Below are positions 1 to 11,154 of a stretch of DNA of 39,817 bases, piece after piece. This stretch comes from Pelomyxa schiedti (Eukaryota > Protista > Evosea). The notes beneath the pieces were generated by a model that saw only the letters and a program-made list of their open reading frames with translations, was not told the origin of the DNA and did not search any database. Where the stretch lies: positions 1 to 39,817 of the forward strand of contig JAHLWZ010000944.1 in assembly GCA_020536535.1 (NCBI GenBank), given 5' to 3'. The translations under genes were made by a program, and so were the position numbers. How positions within the stretch are numbered: position 1 is the stretch's first letter; every line of letters starts with the position of its first letter.

Positions 1-1
1 G

Positions 2-259
2 ATGACCGTCGACATCACGGGGTTCAAGTCGGTGGAATGGGAGACAATCACTGGCCTCATGCTGGCCATGTCAGAAAAGAAGGTGGACAACACAGAGAGT
101 GACAACAGCAACAAGAAGTCTGCCACAATCCAATACATTGACGTGAGGAACGTGGAGGACAACAGATCACTGTTCAGAGTTCCTTTTAGTACACATAGGG
201 GCACAGTTACCTCCCTCGTCAAGAGTTTCTCGTTCAGTGCACACCATCACGCGCCATAA
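2..259 (+). CDS. 3' end of an unidentified ORF running in from the window edge
   Basis: Open frame from base 2 to TAA at 257-259 with coding-like composition; no recognisable motif. Confidence 0.4.
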   Translation: MTVDITGFKSVEWETITGLMLAMSEKKVDNTESDNSNKKSATIQYIDVRNVEDNRSLFRVPFSTHRGTVTSLVKSFSFSAHHHAP

Positions 260-741
260 CCAACAAACGTAAAATTTGTTTCTTCTTTGAAAAAACCTGT
301 ACCCATAAGTCTTCTCGGCCGGAAATTTACCTTCTAAAAAACAGGGTGAAATGACAGGAAATAGGCTTCAATTTGTGTAAAAATTGATCAGAAAGGCATC
401 AGGGGGCGGAAAAGACACCAACCTGGCGGAGGTCAACATCGGCCTGAGTAACCCTTGGAGGAAGAAGCCTTGTAATGATCTCCCAAAGGGGGTGAACGAA
501 AAGAGAAATTTTTTTTTCTTGTGGGTGTGGCGAGGAGCCGCGGAGGGGTGGTTAGAGCCCAAATTTCTAACCGAGGTACCTTTGCCACAGCGGGTAACAA
601 CGAATTTTGTTCAAACTTGTAATACAAAGAATTTTGGCGTCTTGTGGAATCTGTGACCCTATTCCCGTTGTGCGCACGACACACCAATGTACTATGCACC
701 CACTCACAACACGAGAGTTGGTGTGACCACACCATCAGCAA

Positions 742-808
742 GGCCGATCCTGAGCGACGAGAACGGAAATGACGGCGTTCCGGTCTATTGATTATTTTCT
801 TCGGCCAA
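742..808. repeat. Short dispersed repeat, copy 1 (truncated MITE-like element)
   Basis: 743-808 aligns ungapped with 10847-10912 at 56/66 identity; ends GGCCGA (742-747) / TCGGCC (801-806) are inverted. Confidence 0.75.
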
Positions 809-2656
809 ATGTATTGTGTTGTGGCACAGGAACAACTACCACAGCAGCAAGGACCCGAGGACGAGAGTGATGTGTGGCTGCTGCGAGCGATAGACTTGTT
901 CGCCGCCAGCAAAGTGGCCGAGTGCGCCGGGGCCATCCGCGAGTGCCTGCTCACCTCCCGCTCCTTCTTCGACTTCAAGTCCCTGCGCCGCCGGCGGCCC
1001 CCTCGCCCCCCTGCTGCGGCTCCTGCGCCCCCTCCCCCTGCCGACGCCCTACGGCGGCTCCTCCCCCTCCCCCCACTGCCCGCAGCGCCCCCGCCACCAG
1101 CAGAAAATCCAAGCAGCGGCAGCGGCAGCAGCAGCGGCAGCAGCAGCGGCGGTGCCAGCAAGGGAGTGGGTGCCGGCGGCGGGGGCGCTGCGGACCACGA
1201 GGAGCGGGCAGAGGAGGAGGAGGACGACGAGGGGGTGCTGCGGGAGGCGGCGCGGGCGGCGGGGAGCGCGCACGGGCCGGGGCTGGCGTTCTACCACAAG
1301 GTGGTGATTGTGATGCACCCCGAGGTGCAGCTGGCCAGCCGCGAGATGAGGATCACGATGCTGCCGACCCTGGAGGCGGCCGCCGAGTCCCCGGCCGTGG
1401 CGGCCAGGACCAGGGCGTTTTTGGATAGATACTTCCCTGTGTGCGGCGGAGGCGGCGATTGTGGGATGTCTGATTCTGGGATCCTTATGCACGCCTTGTG
1501 CAACAAGTACTTTTTTTTTTCTCTCCCTATCTCGCTCGCTCTCTCTTTGTTTGGGTTTTCACTGGATTGACTGATTCTACTTAAGGTTTATATTTCTTAA
1601 TGATGACTTGGCACTGGAATACTTCAAGAAGACTCCGGCTACTAGTGTGTGGTTTCCAGTGGCAGTGCATCAGGTACTTCACTAATGGTCTTTTTTTAAA
1701 GAGTTGTTCTTGTGTCATTAGACACCGGCAACAGAATTATACCAACGGTAACCTCACAGCAAGCACTTTACTATTTTTATAGCTGCAAAGCTGTCGAGAA
1801 AAACTACCCACTCGCTGTGTCAATGTTTCAGCAAGCAAGAGGCCTGGGAAATACCAATGCCACCTTCAGCCTGGGGTACTGTTATGACCATGGCACTGGA
1901 GTAGACTCTGATCCCACCACTGCCTGTGCCCTCTATACTGAAGCATCGGAAAAAGGCAATCTCCTTGGCACACACAACTTGTCACTTCTCGTCAAGGTTT
2001 CGTGCTCTCTGCTCATTTATTTGTATTCCAATATATCTTAGATGGGTAGAGGCACAACAAGAAACCTGGACAAAGCTTTGGAATTGTGCCAAAAGGCAGC
2101 TAAAGGAGGCAATTTTTATGCTATGCTCGATCTATCAGCTCAGTATTGTGAGGGAAGAGGAGCTCTACCAAAAGACATGAAAATGGCTGAGAAGCTGTGG
2201 AGGAGGGCTGCAAAGCGGGGCTCAGTGTCAGCTTGTACACTTCTGGTGGAGCTCTATTCAAGAGGACTCAAAGGGCTTCCACAAAGCGATTCCAAATCCG
2301 CCTTCTACCTGCACTTGGCCACTCTCGCCGGTTGTAAAACATCTCCCGGCAAGTAAGGAACCCTTTTACTCATCAATTACTGAATAACAACGACATACAG
2401 GCTGGCGAAACTTTATCTGTCGGGTACCGGCGTAAAACGAAGTGCTCTTACCGCCAAGGACTATGCAATGTGCTTTGCAAAGCGAGGCAATGACTGCAAT
2501 GACTTACTACAGACAATAGAGAAGCTTATAGGGAAGCAAAACCAAGCAATAGCCCTGCTACTCGGGCATCACACACGCACAGGTAGAAACTGTGTGCTCA
2601 TGATACTGCCTCTCTTCTTCTTGGAGGATGCTGGGTGGTTGTTGATTCATATGTAA
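809..2656 (+). CDS. Sel1-like (SLR/TPR) repeat protein, multi-exon; start codon uncertain
   Basis: Sel1 repeats such as ATFSLGYCYDHGTGVDSDPTTACALYTEASEKGN, GRGTTRNLDKALELCQKAAKGGN and LSAQYCEGRGALPKDMKMAEKLWRRAAKRG, joined by short GT-AG introns; stop TAA ends at 2656. Confidence 0.8.
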
Positions 2657-2773
2657 AAAAATAACTGTGTTTTGTGGTCTTCTTCTCTTGTCTCTTGTTT
2701 CATTTGTGAGGGAAATTCACCACAACAACAGCATTCAATGCCAAGAAACTCAACAGTGGAAAAAATAATTTAT

Positions 2774-4234
2774 TCAAGGTGTGGAACATGCAAGGAATAA
2801 CTTCTCAAGTGCTGTGGGATTGTTGTAGGCCTTGTTAGTCACTGATATCCCTGTTTCGTCGTATCTCAAACGGAATACTGGTGCGGTGCCTACTGTTTCA
2901 CACTCTACACCCTTGCCTAGAAGTAGTACATCCAAAATTTTGGTCTTCTTGGCGGCTCCTTTGAACTTATCTTGGATAACAGACTCAAAGTCATTCAAGT
3001 CCATATATTTCCGCATTGGAGTGGGGCACGTAATAATCAAAATTGCATCGCAAAGGCCTTTGGAGCACGAGGACACCAGTTGTGGATCCGATACACTGTA
3101 TTGGGTCACAGTTGCTGAGAAGAAACATGACAAGTCCTGCTCGAACTGTGTGTAGTTCTTTGCCAGAGGGTGTCGAACAGCAGCAATGTTCAGATGGCGA
3201 GAGAATGAAGCTGCAACAGGAATTGGCTCGGGTGGGGGGTGCTGCTGTACAGTGACATCGAGGCGGCTGATGGCACTCAGTGATAGGGCTTTGGTGAGGC
3301 GACCTGTGCCTTTTGATGCCGGTTTCTGTGGCGAAGGAGTCGATGCGGTAACAGTAGTTGACTGAGTGTGAGGTTGTGATGGAGTTGATGTGTCTGTAGA
3401 GGAAAGCTGATCTAACGATCGAGATGTTCGAAGTTCAGTGGGTGGCTTATTGGGTGTTCCCACTGCGATTGGGACTTCTTTCTCCAACTTCTTCGGCTCC
3501 TCAGATTCTTTCGTCACTACTGGCGGGGGAACTTCTTTTTGTTGTTGAGGCTCTGTTTGTACGTTTATCGATTCGACGGCTGGTGCAGGCACAATGGTGG
3601 GTGTGGGCGGCTCGTTTTCATGTTGAGGGGGTAGTTCAGCGACTTGTACTGGAGGCTCTGGTTGAACTGCTAGCTCTGCCTTTATTGGCTCAGTGTTCAC
3701 TGGCTCTATTGTCGCTTCTACACTTGGAAGTTCAGTGTTTGGAGTCCGGCTTGTCTCTGTCTGCAGAGATGTGTGTGAACTTTCATCTTCCTCGACAGAT
3801 AAAATCTCGGTCGCAGTAACAGGCGCTGATGTGAGATTTGGTGTTATATTACTGGTATCATTGGACACAGGTGGAATCACAGTCTCATCACGTGCAGCCT
3901 CCTCCACAACCTCAATCTCGTTGTTTATGTTGTTATCCGGATCGCAAACAGTGGGCTTACGCACTACAGTAAAAAGTAAGATTTTATACTCGTACTCAAT
4001 ATCACATAGGTGTCAAGATAGAAATACGAAAATTCAATGACGCAACGTACCGTCATAGAACCACGCGCCGTCAACCACGAACTTGAACTGGTATTTCCCA
4101 GCAGGTAGATCTAGCACGAATAACGGGTCACCGACAACGTCGTGATCTGACGCCTCCTGCGGGCTCCACGAGTTGAAAGTTCCAGCCAACTGTACGTGAT
4201 GACCACCGTGAGTCCAGGTTATTGTCACCCTCAT
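2774..4234 (-). CDS. CBM48/AMPK1_CBM glycogen-binding domain protein with long P/E/T-rich linker and an unassigned C-terminal domain
   Basis: MRVTITWTHGGHHVQLAGTFNSW...LPAGKYQFKFVVDGAWFYD, then one GT-AG intron, then VRKPTVCDPDNNINNEIEV: the classic AMPK-beta-type CBM pattern. No AMPK-beta C-terminal (ASC) motif is seen. Confidence 0.8.
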
Positions 4235-4393
4235 TGACGACGTTACGGGTCTTATGAGTGTAGGCTGTTGGTTTGTTTTATTGTTTTGATTTTTCCGTTG
4301 CCGAAGAGACAGACGTTTTTCATTTGACAAGAGCTCCGGCAATTTGGTCTTCCTGGAACAGTTGTTTGTGCGTTAATTAAAAATCAAAGCCTG

Positions 4394-4735
4394 CTGATTG
4401 TCGATCGACACTAACGTAAACTCGGCATACGAACATACAAAAATGCGTGCAGTGTGTCAGAGGCAACGTGCTGGTAGATCTTTTTGTTTAGCGTTCATCT
4501 TTCGTTCTCTCACANNNNNNNNNNNNNNNNNNNNNNNNNNNNNNNNNNNNNNNNNNNNNNNNNNNNNNNNNNNNNNNNNNNNNNNNNNNNNNNNNNNNNN
4601 NNNNNNNNNNNNNNCTGATTGTCGATCGACACTAACGTAAACTCGGCATACGAACATACAAAAATGCGTGCAGTGTGTCAGAGGCAACGTGCTGGTAGAT
4701 CTTTTTGTTTAGCGTTCATCTTTCGTTCTCTCACA
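4394..4735. other. Scaffold gap (100 N, 4515-4614) flanked by an identical 121-bp duplication (4394-4514 = 4615-4735)
   Basis: Exact identity on both sides of a round-number N gap is typical of unmerged overlapping contigs. Confidence 0.9.
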
Positions 4736-6669
4736 TGTATTCTTTTTTTTTTTTCCCCTCAATTACGTCGTTAGTGGGTGCGGTTGATTGTACGAAGACA
4801 GGCGACTACTATGGCGCGACGACGTTTGCTTTTAATGCATTGCTTTCCGATGTTCTTTTTGGCAGGGAGAGTGCATTCATGCAGTACTTGGAACCGGCTA
4901 CTTCGTGAGTGTTCTTTCTATTATTCTGATGTTTCTTGGTTCTGATTATGGGTACTGTCTTTCGCGATGCTTCAATACAAAACCGTGGGATTTGACAGAT
5001 CAATGCGCTTCGCTTTGGGAATTGGAGATGTGGAACAGGAACCTTCACAATTATTTGATGCTTTCCTCGACAGTTGCAGCTTCATTGAAGGGCGCACTTT
5101 TAAAGTGAAAGAGATGGTCCCAATCAGCAGATATTGTGAGGCGAAACTCAATGCCGATGGTGCCCCTCCAAACATTGTGGAAGCACTTTCTACGGGCCTC
5201 AATGTCCCCCTGAACATGGCTGGCCCGGTTTTGATTGACATAACTTGCGAACTCTGTGGTCCCTTATCGACGTTTATTAGATTTCTACAAGGCAGACTCT
5301 ATGGAGTCTTCACCGTAATACCTCTGAAAGGTCCTCATCCAGTGTTTGATGATGACTGTGACGAGAGAACAATTTCCAATCGACTTGCTTCATCACTATC
5401 GCATCATATGGGGACAATAACTGGACTTGTTTTGGATGAAATAAACCTCAGTAATACGATTCTTATTGAAACGCTCTCGCCCAATATTTCTCCCAGCAGG
5501 AGCCTAACAAAACTCAATCTCAGTCGTTGTAATCTTGACTTCCAAATTGCTAGTATCATTGCTGCGACTCTCGCCTCCAACAAGTCTATAACATCTCTGA
5601 GTCTCTCAAACAACCCCCTTATCGGGGACATTGGTACCATGGCCATCACTAAAGCCTTGAAAGAAAACCACACTTTGAGATTTCTCAACCTCTCCCGTTG
5701 CAACATCACTGATGTGGGTTTCATCGCACTGAGCAAACGAATGCATAAAAGTGATACCTTTCGAACATTGCACATATCCGGGAATATTGATCCCAATTTC
5801 ACTGGTTTTACCCGACTAGAAAGGCCGCTCAGAGTATGCGTTGTTGGTTTGGGTGGCTGTGGAAAATCTTCCTTACTTCTACGTTTCATTGAGGTTGGTA
5901 TTTGGTAGTAGCAAGACGACTCAGAACAAATAGGACCGCTTTGACGAGGCCTACTACGAAACCACTATTGTAACACACAACACTGTTACTGTAATTGATG
6001 AAGTTGCAGTTGAGATGCAGCTGACAGAGACCTGTTACCCTTCCCCACACTAAACTTTTTACTCATCAGAGTTTTCCCTAGCTGGATATGAAGAGTATGA
6101 ATACAATCTAGAAGCGGCATTAACTAAATGAAGAAATACAGGTTATTTTGCATCAGGGATCAGTTTGTCCACTTGCGTATTGTTTTCCATCTATCTCAAC
6201 TTCTTTTAGAGCAATAAAGGCATCCGAAGCGTTTATATTTCTGTCAGTCAAACCTCCATAAACAAAAAAGTTCTAATTTCCACAGGTACGATTACAATTC
6301 TATAGCAAGTTTTTCGCATATTAGGGACCTTTATGGTCATGTATGCCAGCTGCAAGGAACTGGTGACTTTCCCAAGGTTATTGTTTGCGCCAAAATGGAT
6401 AAAGAAACTACTGGTCACATTTCTGATTTAAATGAAGCGCGGGCTTTTGCCGAATCAATTAGATGCCCATTGCTTACAGTAACAATAGCAAATTTAAACA
6501 ACTCTAATTCCAACTACAGACTAGTGCCAAAACGGGAACTGGAATAGACTCAGTCTTTGCGGAACTTTACCGACTGAGCCATAAAAGTGGGTACTGTTCC
6601 GTTATACCCACAGGGACACCCTTGGATTTCCTCCAAATGACCACAACACTATCTTCTGGTTTCTTCTAA
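4664..6669 (+). CDS. Leucine-rich-repeat (RI-like) plus divergent Ras-family GTPase fusion, multi-exon
   Basis: LRRs (SLTKLNLSRCNL, SITSLSLSNNPLIGDIG, TLRFLNLSRCNITDVG) then VCVVGLGGCGKSSLLLRF (G1), ETSGYEELFCIRDQAIKASEAFIF (G3 region, via a 21-nt micro-exon at 6142-6162), VIVCAKMD (G4) and TSAKTGTGIDSVF (G5). Confidence 0.8.
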
Positions 6670-6941
6670 ACCGCCCCAACCCGCACTGTGATAGGGTATT
6701 CCACAATGACGCACAGTCATTAACATTGGGTACTGAACTTCAGTTTCTGACTCACCCATTTCACCTCAACCAAGTCACCCCTTCCCGGAAAAAATTTGCG
6801 TAGAAACGCACGAAGGTGATTAATTTTCTTCTTTCTCCGCCCAAAACAAAGGCCCCCACGGCCGTTTCTTGATCACAATTACCACCCAAGCACACAAACA
6901 AGCACAACCAATCACCAAAAACCACCGATATTGAAACAAAA

Positions 6942-8823
6942 ATGAGTGCTGGTTCAGTCCTTCTAGAGACCAACCACGAGGACCCAAACAACCACGCAAC
7001 ATCCTCGTTGTCAAACGCCACTACGAGCTACACACCATTGTCGCCGTCTTCTTCCATCATGACTCCACAGCAGCAGATTCTGCAGCAAGAGCAATTGCGG
7101 CAACAACTGCAACAACTCAAACCACAATTACACGCCAGTAACGCCTTATCTCCTTTGTCATCACCACCACCACCACCTTCGCTATTAACAACAACACCTG
7201 ACCCAGTCCAATCCGCTCAATTTCAATCTCCACCTCAATTTACATCTCCGCTCACATCTCCATTTTCATCTTCTCAGATGCAGATGCCTCAACACCCACA
7301 ACCAAATTCAGGCCCCACTGTACCGATTGAGCTCCTGACCAGCGTGCCCCCGCCACAGCCCATGCTATACCCTACCTCAATTATGGGACTGGCTGGTCCG
7401 CAGCCTGATCTGTCTTCCACTAACACATTGAAGACTTCGAGCCCTGGGTTTAACTCCGCTCCTCCGAGAATTGACAATTCCGTTCCGCCTCATTCTGCGA
7501 ATCCGGAACCTCTGGCTACTCCGGAGATGGAACTTAGGGAAAGGAGGGTTGTATCAAGGGCATTGACTTCGGAGGAACGCAGCTCCAGGCTATTCAGGGC
7601 GGCAGCTGAAAAGTTCTTTTCTTTTCCCTTCCTGGGTTGGTTTCTTGAATTGATTTTTGTGTAGGCTTCCTCCTTCGGTGGCAAAGTATGCTGAAGTTGC
7701 GGAGAAAATTTTCTTCCAAGCTGCCACGGTTGTGGCTTTTGTATTACCGTTTGTTACTGGTTTCTATGGACGAATTATACGCCTGTACCAAAAACTCCCA
7801 CCTAATGTGGCTCAGATGGTTTTTGGTCTTGGTGTGTGTCTTTTTGGCGGACACTTTGCTGCCACTCTTGCTGTTTTCGAAGCATTCAAGCAGAGCGGTG
7901 CTAGCTCAAAGTTGTGGAGTTGTGTCACTGATTTATACGAGGCTGCACAAAAAGTGAAGACTGCCAGTGACATGGATGATAAGCGTGATGATAACGGGGA
8001 CGGAATACCGGACGTTGACGAGATTCCTGCTGGACAACTTTTAATTAGAAAGACTTCACTGGCTTTAAAGAATGTTGACCCTATCAAGTTCAATACGGCT
8101 GTTCAGGGATTGTACCAAGGGTTTATTGCTGCCGTTGTGGTTGTGCAATTCAAATTTGCTAAGACTGTAGCCCTTGGAAACAGCTTGGGCGACTTTCTGT
8201 ACAGGACTGTAGGGTCCCATGTAGCGCCCATTATAAATAGATATATTCCAGCAGACTATCATGGCTGGGTCAAGTTAACAATTGCGTATATATGCAAATT
8301 TGTCGGAATATCTATATCTTGGACTCTACAATTCTATCAGGTATATGTTCCCTTTGTCACTGCCTCTAATGGAGAGAAACAGAGTGTTGTACAAAGCGCC
8401 ATCCATGGTTCTCGTATTTTCTCCCGAGCACTGCTAAAATACATAGACCCACCTCCAGCTTCAGCGTCAAAACCGGAAAACAAGCCAACTGCCGAATCAT
8501 CTGACCCTAATGCCCCTATCTTTTCGACACCAATTAATGCCAGCGCTTTCGCCGCTACATCTATGCTGTCTCCAAGAGAGGATGACACGAAGATAGGGGA
8601 AGCTATAGCCTGGGTAATGGCTTTCTTTGGGATTCTATTCCAGTACAAACTCGGGTTCCGCATTCCACTCCCAATCAACTTGGTACTTATGCCTCTACAT
8701 TTGACTGAATGGTCACTCAAATGGTTCGGAGTTCTCATTTTCCTTCTATGCACTCACCCAATTACCCAAAGGTCCATATTATTCTCTGCGAGAATCATGA
8801 ACTCCTTCCTCTATTGGAAATAG
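6942..8823 (+). CDS. Uncharacterised multi-pass membrane protein with P/Q/S-rich N-terminus and a DxDxDG-like acidic loop
   Basis: Long ORFs 6942-7664 and 7657-8823 joined by a short intron; hydrophobic helices such as QMVFGLGVCLFGGHFAATLA and AIAWVMAFFGILFQY; motif DDKRDDNGDGIPDVDE. Confidence 0.7.
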
Positions 8824-9163
8824 ACAACCCAAAATTCCCCACTGTGAACTACAACCCATTGTGCCACCAAAGTAATACCACCACAATCCCACAAATCCCT
8901 AATCGGATCCACCTTTTTAAAACAAAATTAACAACCAAAACACATCTTACCCACCACAACTAAATCTCGGAGTATCGCCCCAGTCCCATCCTCTGAGATC
9001 TGTTCGGATTGAAAAAAACTACGCAACTGATCTTGGGGGAAAAAAAAAGCCGGAGACGTTTTCAAAATTAGAAAGGAAGAAAAAAGAAAACACTTTTGGG
9101 AAAACCTAAGCATCACGCACCAACCAGCGGTCACAAGCGACACCAACCGAGATCTAAGATCAA

Positions 9164-10767
9164 ATGGCATCACTAGGCAGTATGTTCTTTGGTGCACCCA
9201 TTAGCGTCGACATACAGCTCGACGACGACAAAACGAGGGTGAAGGCGATCGCGACCGCGGACGGCACACCGTTACTTCCGACATCCAAAAACACTGTCGA
9301 ACTGTTCAGGTTCGTCGGTATGTACATTTCACTTTTTTTTTTCAAACCGAAAACAACAAAAAACAAAAAACCCCCAAAGTTCATGTGACCCAAAGGAAAC
9401 GAGGATATCAGGGGCAAAGTTGTTGTCAATTTAACCCCAAAGACTAAGAAGTTCGATTTCTTAGCAATCAAGATTGAGTTCATAGGCCAAATCGGTCAGT
9501 TACTCTGCTGTCTTTTCTTTTGGCACTACTTCTTTCTCATGATCGAATGACGTAGAACTCTTTTATGATAGAGGAAACCATTTTGATTTTACATCTCTTG
9601 TTTGTGAGCTTGCCCATGCAGGTAGTAAGAATCAATGCTACCAAGAGTCTTGACCTCGATAGGAACAATTACCAGCCAGCAAGTGTACCCATTTGTCTTT
9701 GAGAAGCCAGAAAAACAATTTGAATCTTACAATGGAGTCAACTGCAAATGCCGGTGCATACTACCTCAAACCCTTACCTGCACATTCACGATGAATGCAG
9801 ATACCTCTTACGTGTATCCGCAGTGCGCAACCTGCTCCCCAACGTTGTGAAAGAAATGGATCTGTGGGTTATCAACTACCAGAAGATGCCCGAAATGAAC
9901 AGCCCAATTAAGATGGAAGTTGGTAGTTCATTCCTTGTGAAACAAAATACCTAACTGCTAATCCAAGGTATTGAGGATTGCTTGCATATAGAGTTCGAAT
10001 ACAACAAATCCAAGTAAAATACCAACTTTGTTGGGTGCATGTGTGATCTGGTGTAGGTACCATCTAAAGGATGTAGTGATTGGAAAAGTGTATTTCTTAC
10101 TTGTGAGAATTAAAATCAAGTACATGGAAATCATCCTTCTCAAGAGGGAAACAGCTGGTCAAGGTTTGTTCTTTTCCACTTCTATTACCATTCCAAATTG
10201 TCTGCAGTGCCCAACGTGTATAATGAAACGTCCACAATAACGAAGTTTGAGATTATGGATGGTGCTCCTGTTAAAGGTTTGTTTAGTCTGGGGGGAGAAA
10301 ACCGTTAATTTCAACACAGGAGAAACTCTTCCTGTGCGCCTCTTCTTGGGCCACTTTGACCTCACGCCAACCTATCGCAATGTCCACAACAAGTTCTCTG
10401 TCAAGTACTTCCTCAACTTGGTTCTTGTGGATGAGGATGACCGCAGGTTCCTTCCTACTTATTTGCTTCCCTTTTTGTTTTTCCTTCTTTTTTTTAAACG
10501 AAAATCTGAAAATGCCTTAGGTACTTTAAGCAGCAAGAAATAACTTTATGGCGACGGTTGCCCAAACAAGCAACAGCTTACTTTGTTGAGGAGGAGGCAC
10601 CCGATCACCCTGCCAAGAGTACTGCACCCGTTGGTGCGGAGGAGGAACCAACAGACACCGCGTCCACCCAATCCAACACCACAACTCCGACCCCGACCCC
10701 AGCCACTACTACTACAACCACGTCCTCCCTCACCCCTCCCAGTCTGCCCCCCACCTCCAACGCTTAA
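9164..10767 (+). CDS. VPS26: Retromer subunit VPS26 (10 exons)
   Basis: The spliced product has [92 protein letters not shown] and [30 protein letters not shown]. Introns: 9318-9395, 9495-9555, 9622-9662, 9754-9800, 9923-9967, 10014-10056, 10164-10207, 10277-10319, 10447-10520. Confidence 0.97.
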
Positions 10768-10821
10768 AGAATCAATAGAAGTTCATTTTTCAGGTTTCCT
10801 GAAAAAAAATAGAGTTCAACT

Positions 10822-10910
10822 GGCTGAATAAAAAAAACACCAGACCGCCGATCCTGAGCGATGATAACGAAAAGTACAGAGTTCCGGTCTGTTGATTATT
10901 TTATTCAGCC
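10822..10910. mobile_element. 89-bp MITE-like element with terminal inverted repeats and an AACT flanking direct repeat
   Basis: GGCTGAATAAAA (10822-10833) / TTTTATTCAGCC (10899-10910) is a perfect 12-bp TIR, extending imperfectly to CAGACCG/CGGTCTG. AACT lies at 10818-10821 and 10911-10914. A second copy is at 743-808. Confidence 0.65.
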
Positions 10911-11154
10911 AACTACTGTCTGACAGTTTTTATCTTTTCCTTGTTGCCCATTCCAGCAGAACTGCGTAGAAATGATACCCGTTGCGCCAAGTGCATTCTC
11001 ACAATCGTAAGTGTGAGAATGGACCGTTGATTAGTTCGCGGAAGGTCTTCTGATTTGGATCTCTGGGAAACATACTCAGAGTGTGACTCAGCCTTAGTTA
11101 ACTACACCAACCACCAACATAACAAAGGAGTTAAATAAAAACCCTTAACCTTGT

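Noticed and set aside
4394-4735. 121-bp direct repeat as LTR or tandem duplication
   Set aside because: It is 100% identical and abuts a 100-N gap on both sides, so it is a contig-overlap artefact.
6095-6211. Apparent in-frame TGA or non-canonical intron in the Ras domain
   Set aside because: Resolved by two canonical 47-nt GT-AG introns (6095-6141, 6163-6209) around a 21-nt exon giving EELFCIRDQAIK; no recoding is needed.
10853-10873. CTGAGCGA...CGAAA as a hammerhead ribozyme core
   Set aside because: The core has an extra base relative to CUGANGA, there is no convincing stem II or III or NUH site, and the GAAA context differs in the other copy.
10970-11100. RNase P/MRP or C/D snoRNA (GGAAGGTC, ATGATA...CTGA)
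   Set aside because: There is no matching CR-V/P4 partner and no canonical C box; the motifs are too short to support a call.
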